32,000 nucleotides of DNA, from positions 390,001 through 422,000 of the forward strand of contig CP072208.2 of NCBI GenBank assembly GCA_015257795.3, given 5' to 3'. The translations under genes were made by a program, and so were the position numbers. Within the stretch, counting starts at the first letter, position 1, and each line of letters begins with the position of its first letter. A model generated the notes under the pieces. That model did not search any database, was not told the DNA's origin, and worked only from the letters and a program-made list of their open reading frames with translations. The DNA is from Candidatus Nanogingivalaceae bacterium (GTDB lineage: Bacteria > Patescibacteriota > Saccharimonadia > Saccharimonadales > Saccharimonadaceae). Shown here piece after piece: positions 31,748 through 32,000 of the stretch.

Positions 31748-32000
31748 TCAAATCTCCTCCATCGGCATATCGTGAAGATTTGAATCTTTATATAAAATTC
31801 CTTTTTTAGCACCCAGATATTGAATCACAGAAGTTGAATTTGCGCTTGCGAATAAAATACTCTGCTTAATATCTGCGCCCTGAGCCCATTGACTAACAAA
31901 CCCAGAACCAAAAGCATCACCCGCACCCGTTCTATCAACCGAAGGAATATCTTCATACATTCCGGCATGAATAATTTTGCCCCCGGCTTTGACCCAAACA
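31748..32000 (-). CDS. PfkB-family (ribokinase-like) carbohydrate/nucleoside kinase. Only the C-terminal part is present; the 5' end lies off the window.
   Basis: The reading frame is open to the window edge (VWVKAGGKIIHAGMYEDIPSVD...). It carries PfkB signature 2, DRTGAGDAFGSGF. Confidence 0.75.
   Translation of the reverse strand, partial: VWVKAGGKIIHAGMYEDIPSVDRTGAGDAFGSGFVSQWAQGADIKQSILFASANSTSVIQYLGAKKGILYKDSNLHDMPMEEI

Noticed and set aside
1-32000. tRNA, rRNA, tmRNA or RNase P genes in intergenic regions
   Set aside because: Every intergenic gap except 28147-28629 is under 200 nt and is explained by promoter and terminator elements. No GTTCGAATC-type T-loop with matching acceptor stems was seen.

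Overview
AT-rich window (about 35% GC judged by eye), gene-dense, with almost all genes on the minus strand. The content fits a small-genome bacterium with a Gram-positive-type envelope, possibly Patescibacteria/CPR (Saccharibacteria-like); that lineage call is inference only. Most of the window is housekeeping. It holds RNase J (partial), a COG0523 metallochaperone GTPase, aminopeptidase N, a phosphohexomutase, a class A PBP, tyrS and a DUF948/YtxH pair. It also holds gatC-gatA-(inserted ORF)-gatB, rplM-rpsI, and secY-sortase-HAD-infA-rpmJ-rpsM-rpsK-rpsD-rpoA-rplQ. The remainder is uppP, uvrB and a PfkB kinase / orphan / LOG-like (TIGR00725-type) operon. I found no rRNA, tRNA, CRISPR array, transposase or integrase. 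The least ordinary parts are: (1) a low-GC islet (2182-5124) with three tandem, separately promoted and terminated genes for distantly related 4-TM proteins plus a soluble orphan, carrying a mosaic tandem duplication; (2) a membrane-anchored protein with an Rx4H (HEPN/DUF4145-like) motif, translationally coupled between gatA and gatB; (3) a copy of the gatC promoter plus about 28 codons placed in front of uppP; (4) a decayed secreted-protein gene holding a dense cluster of GGAATT/AATTCC palindromes; (5) many promoters whose -10 box lies only 6-12 nt from the start codon, suggesting leaderless mRNAs; (6) strong over-representation of the palindrome TTCGAA/TTTCGAAA. All family assignments come from motifs I recognised in the translations; no database search was run.
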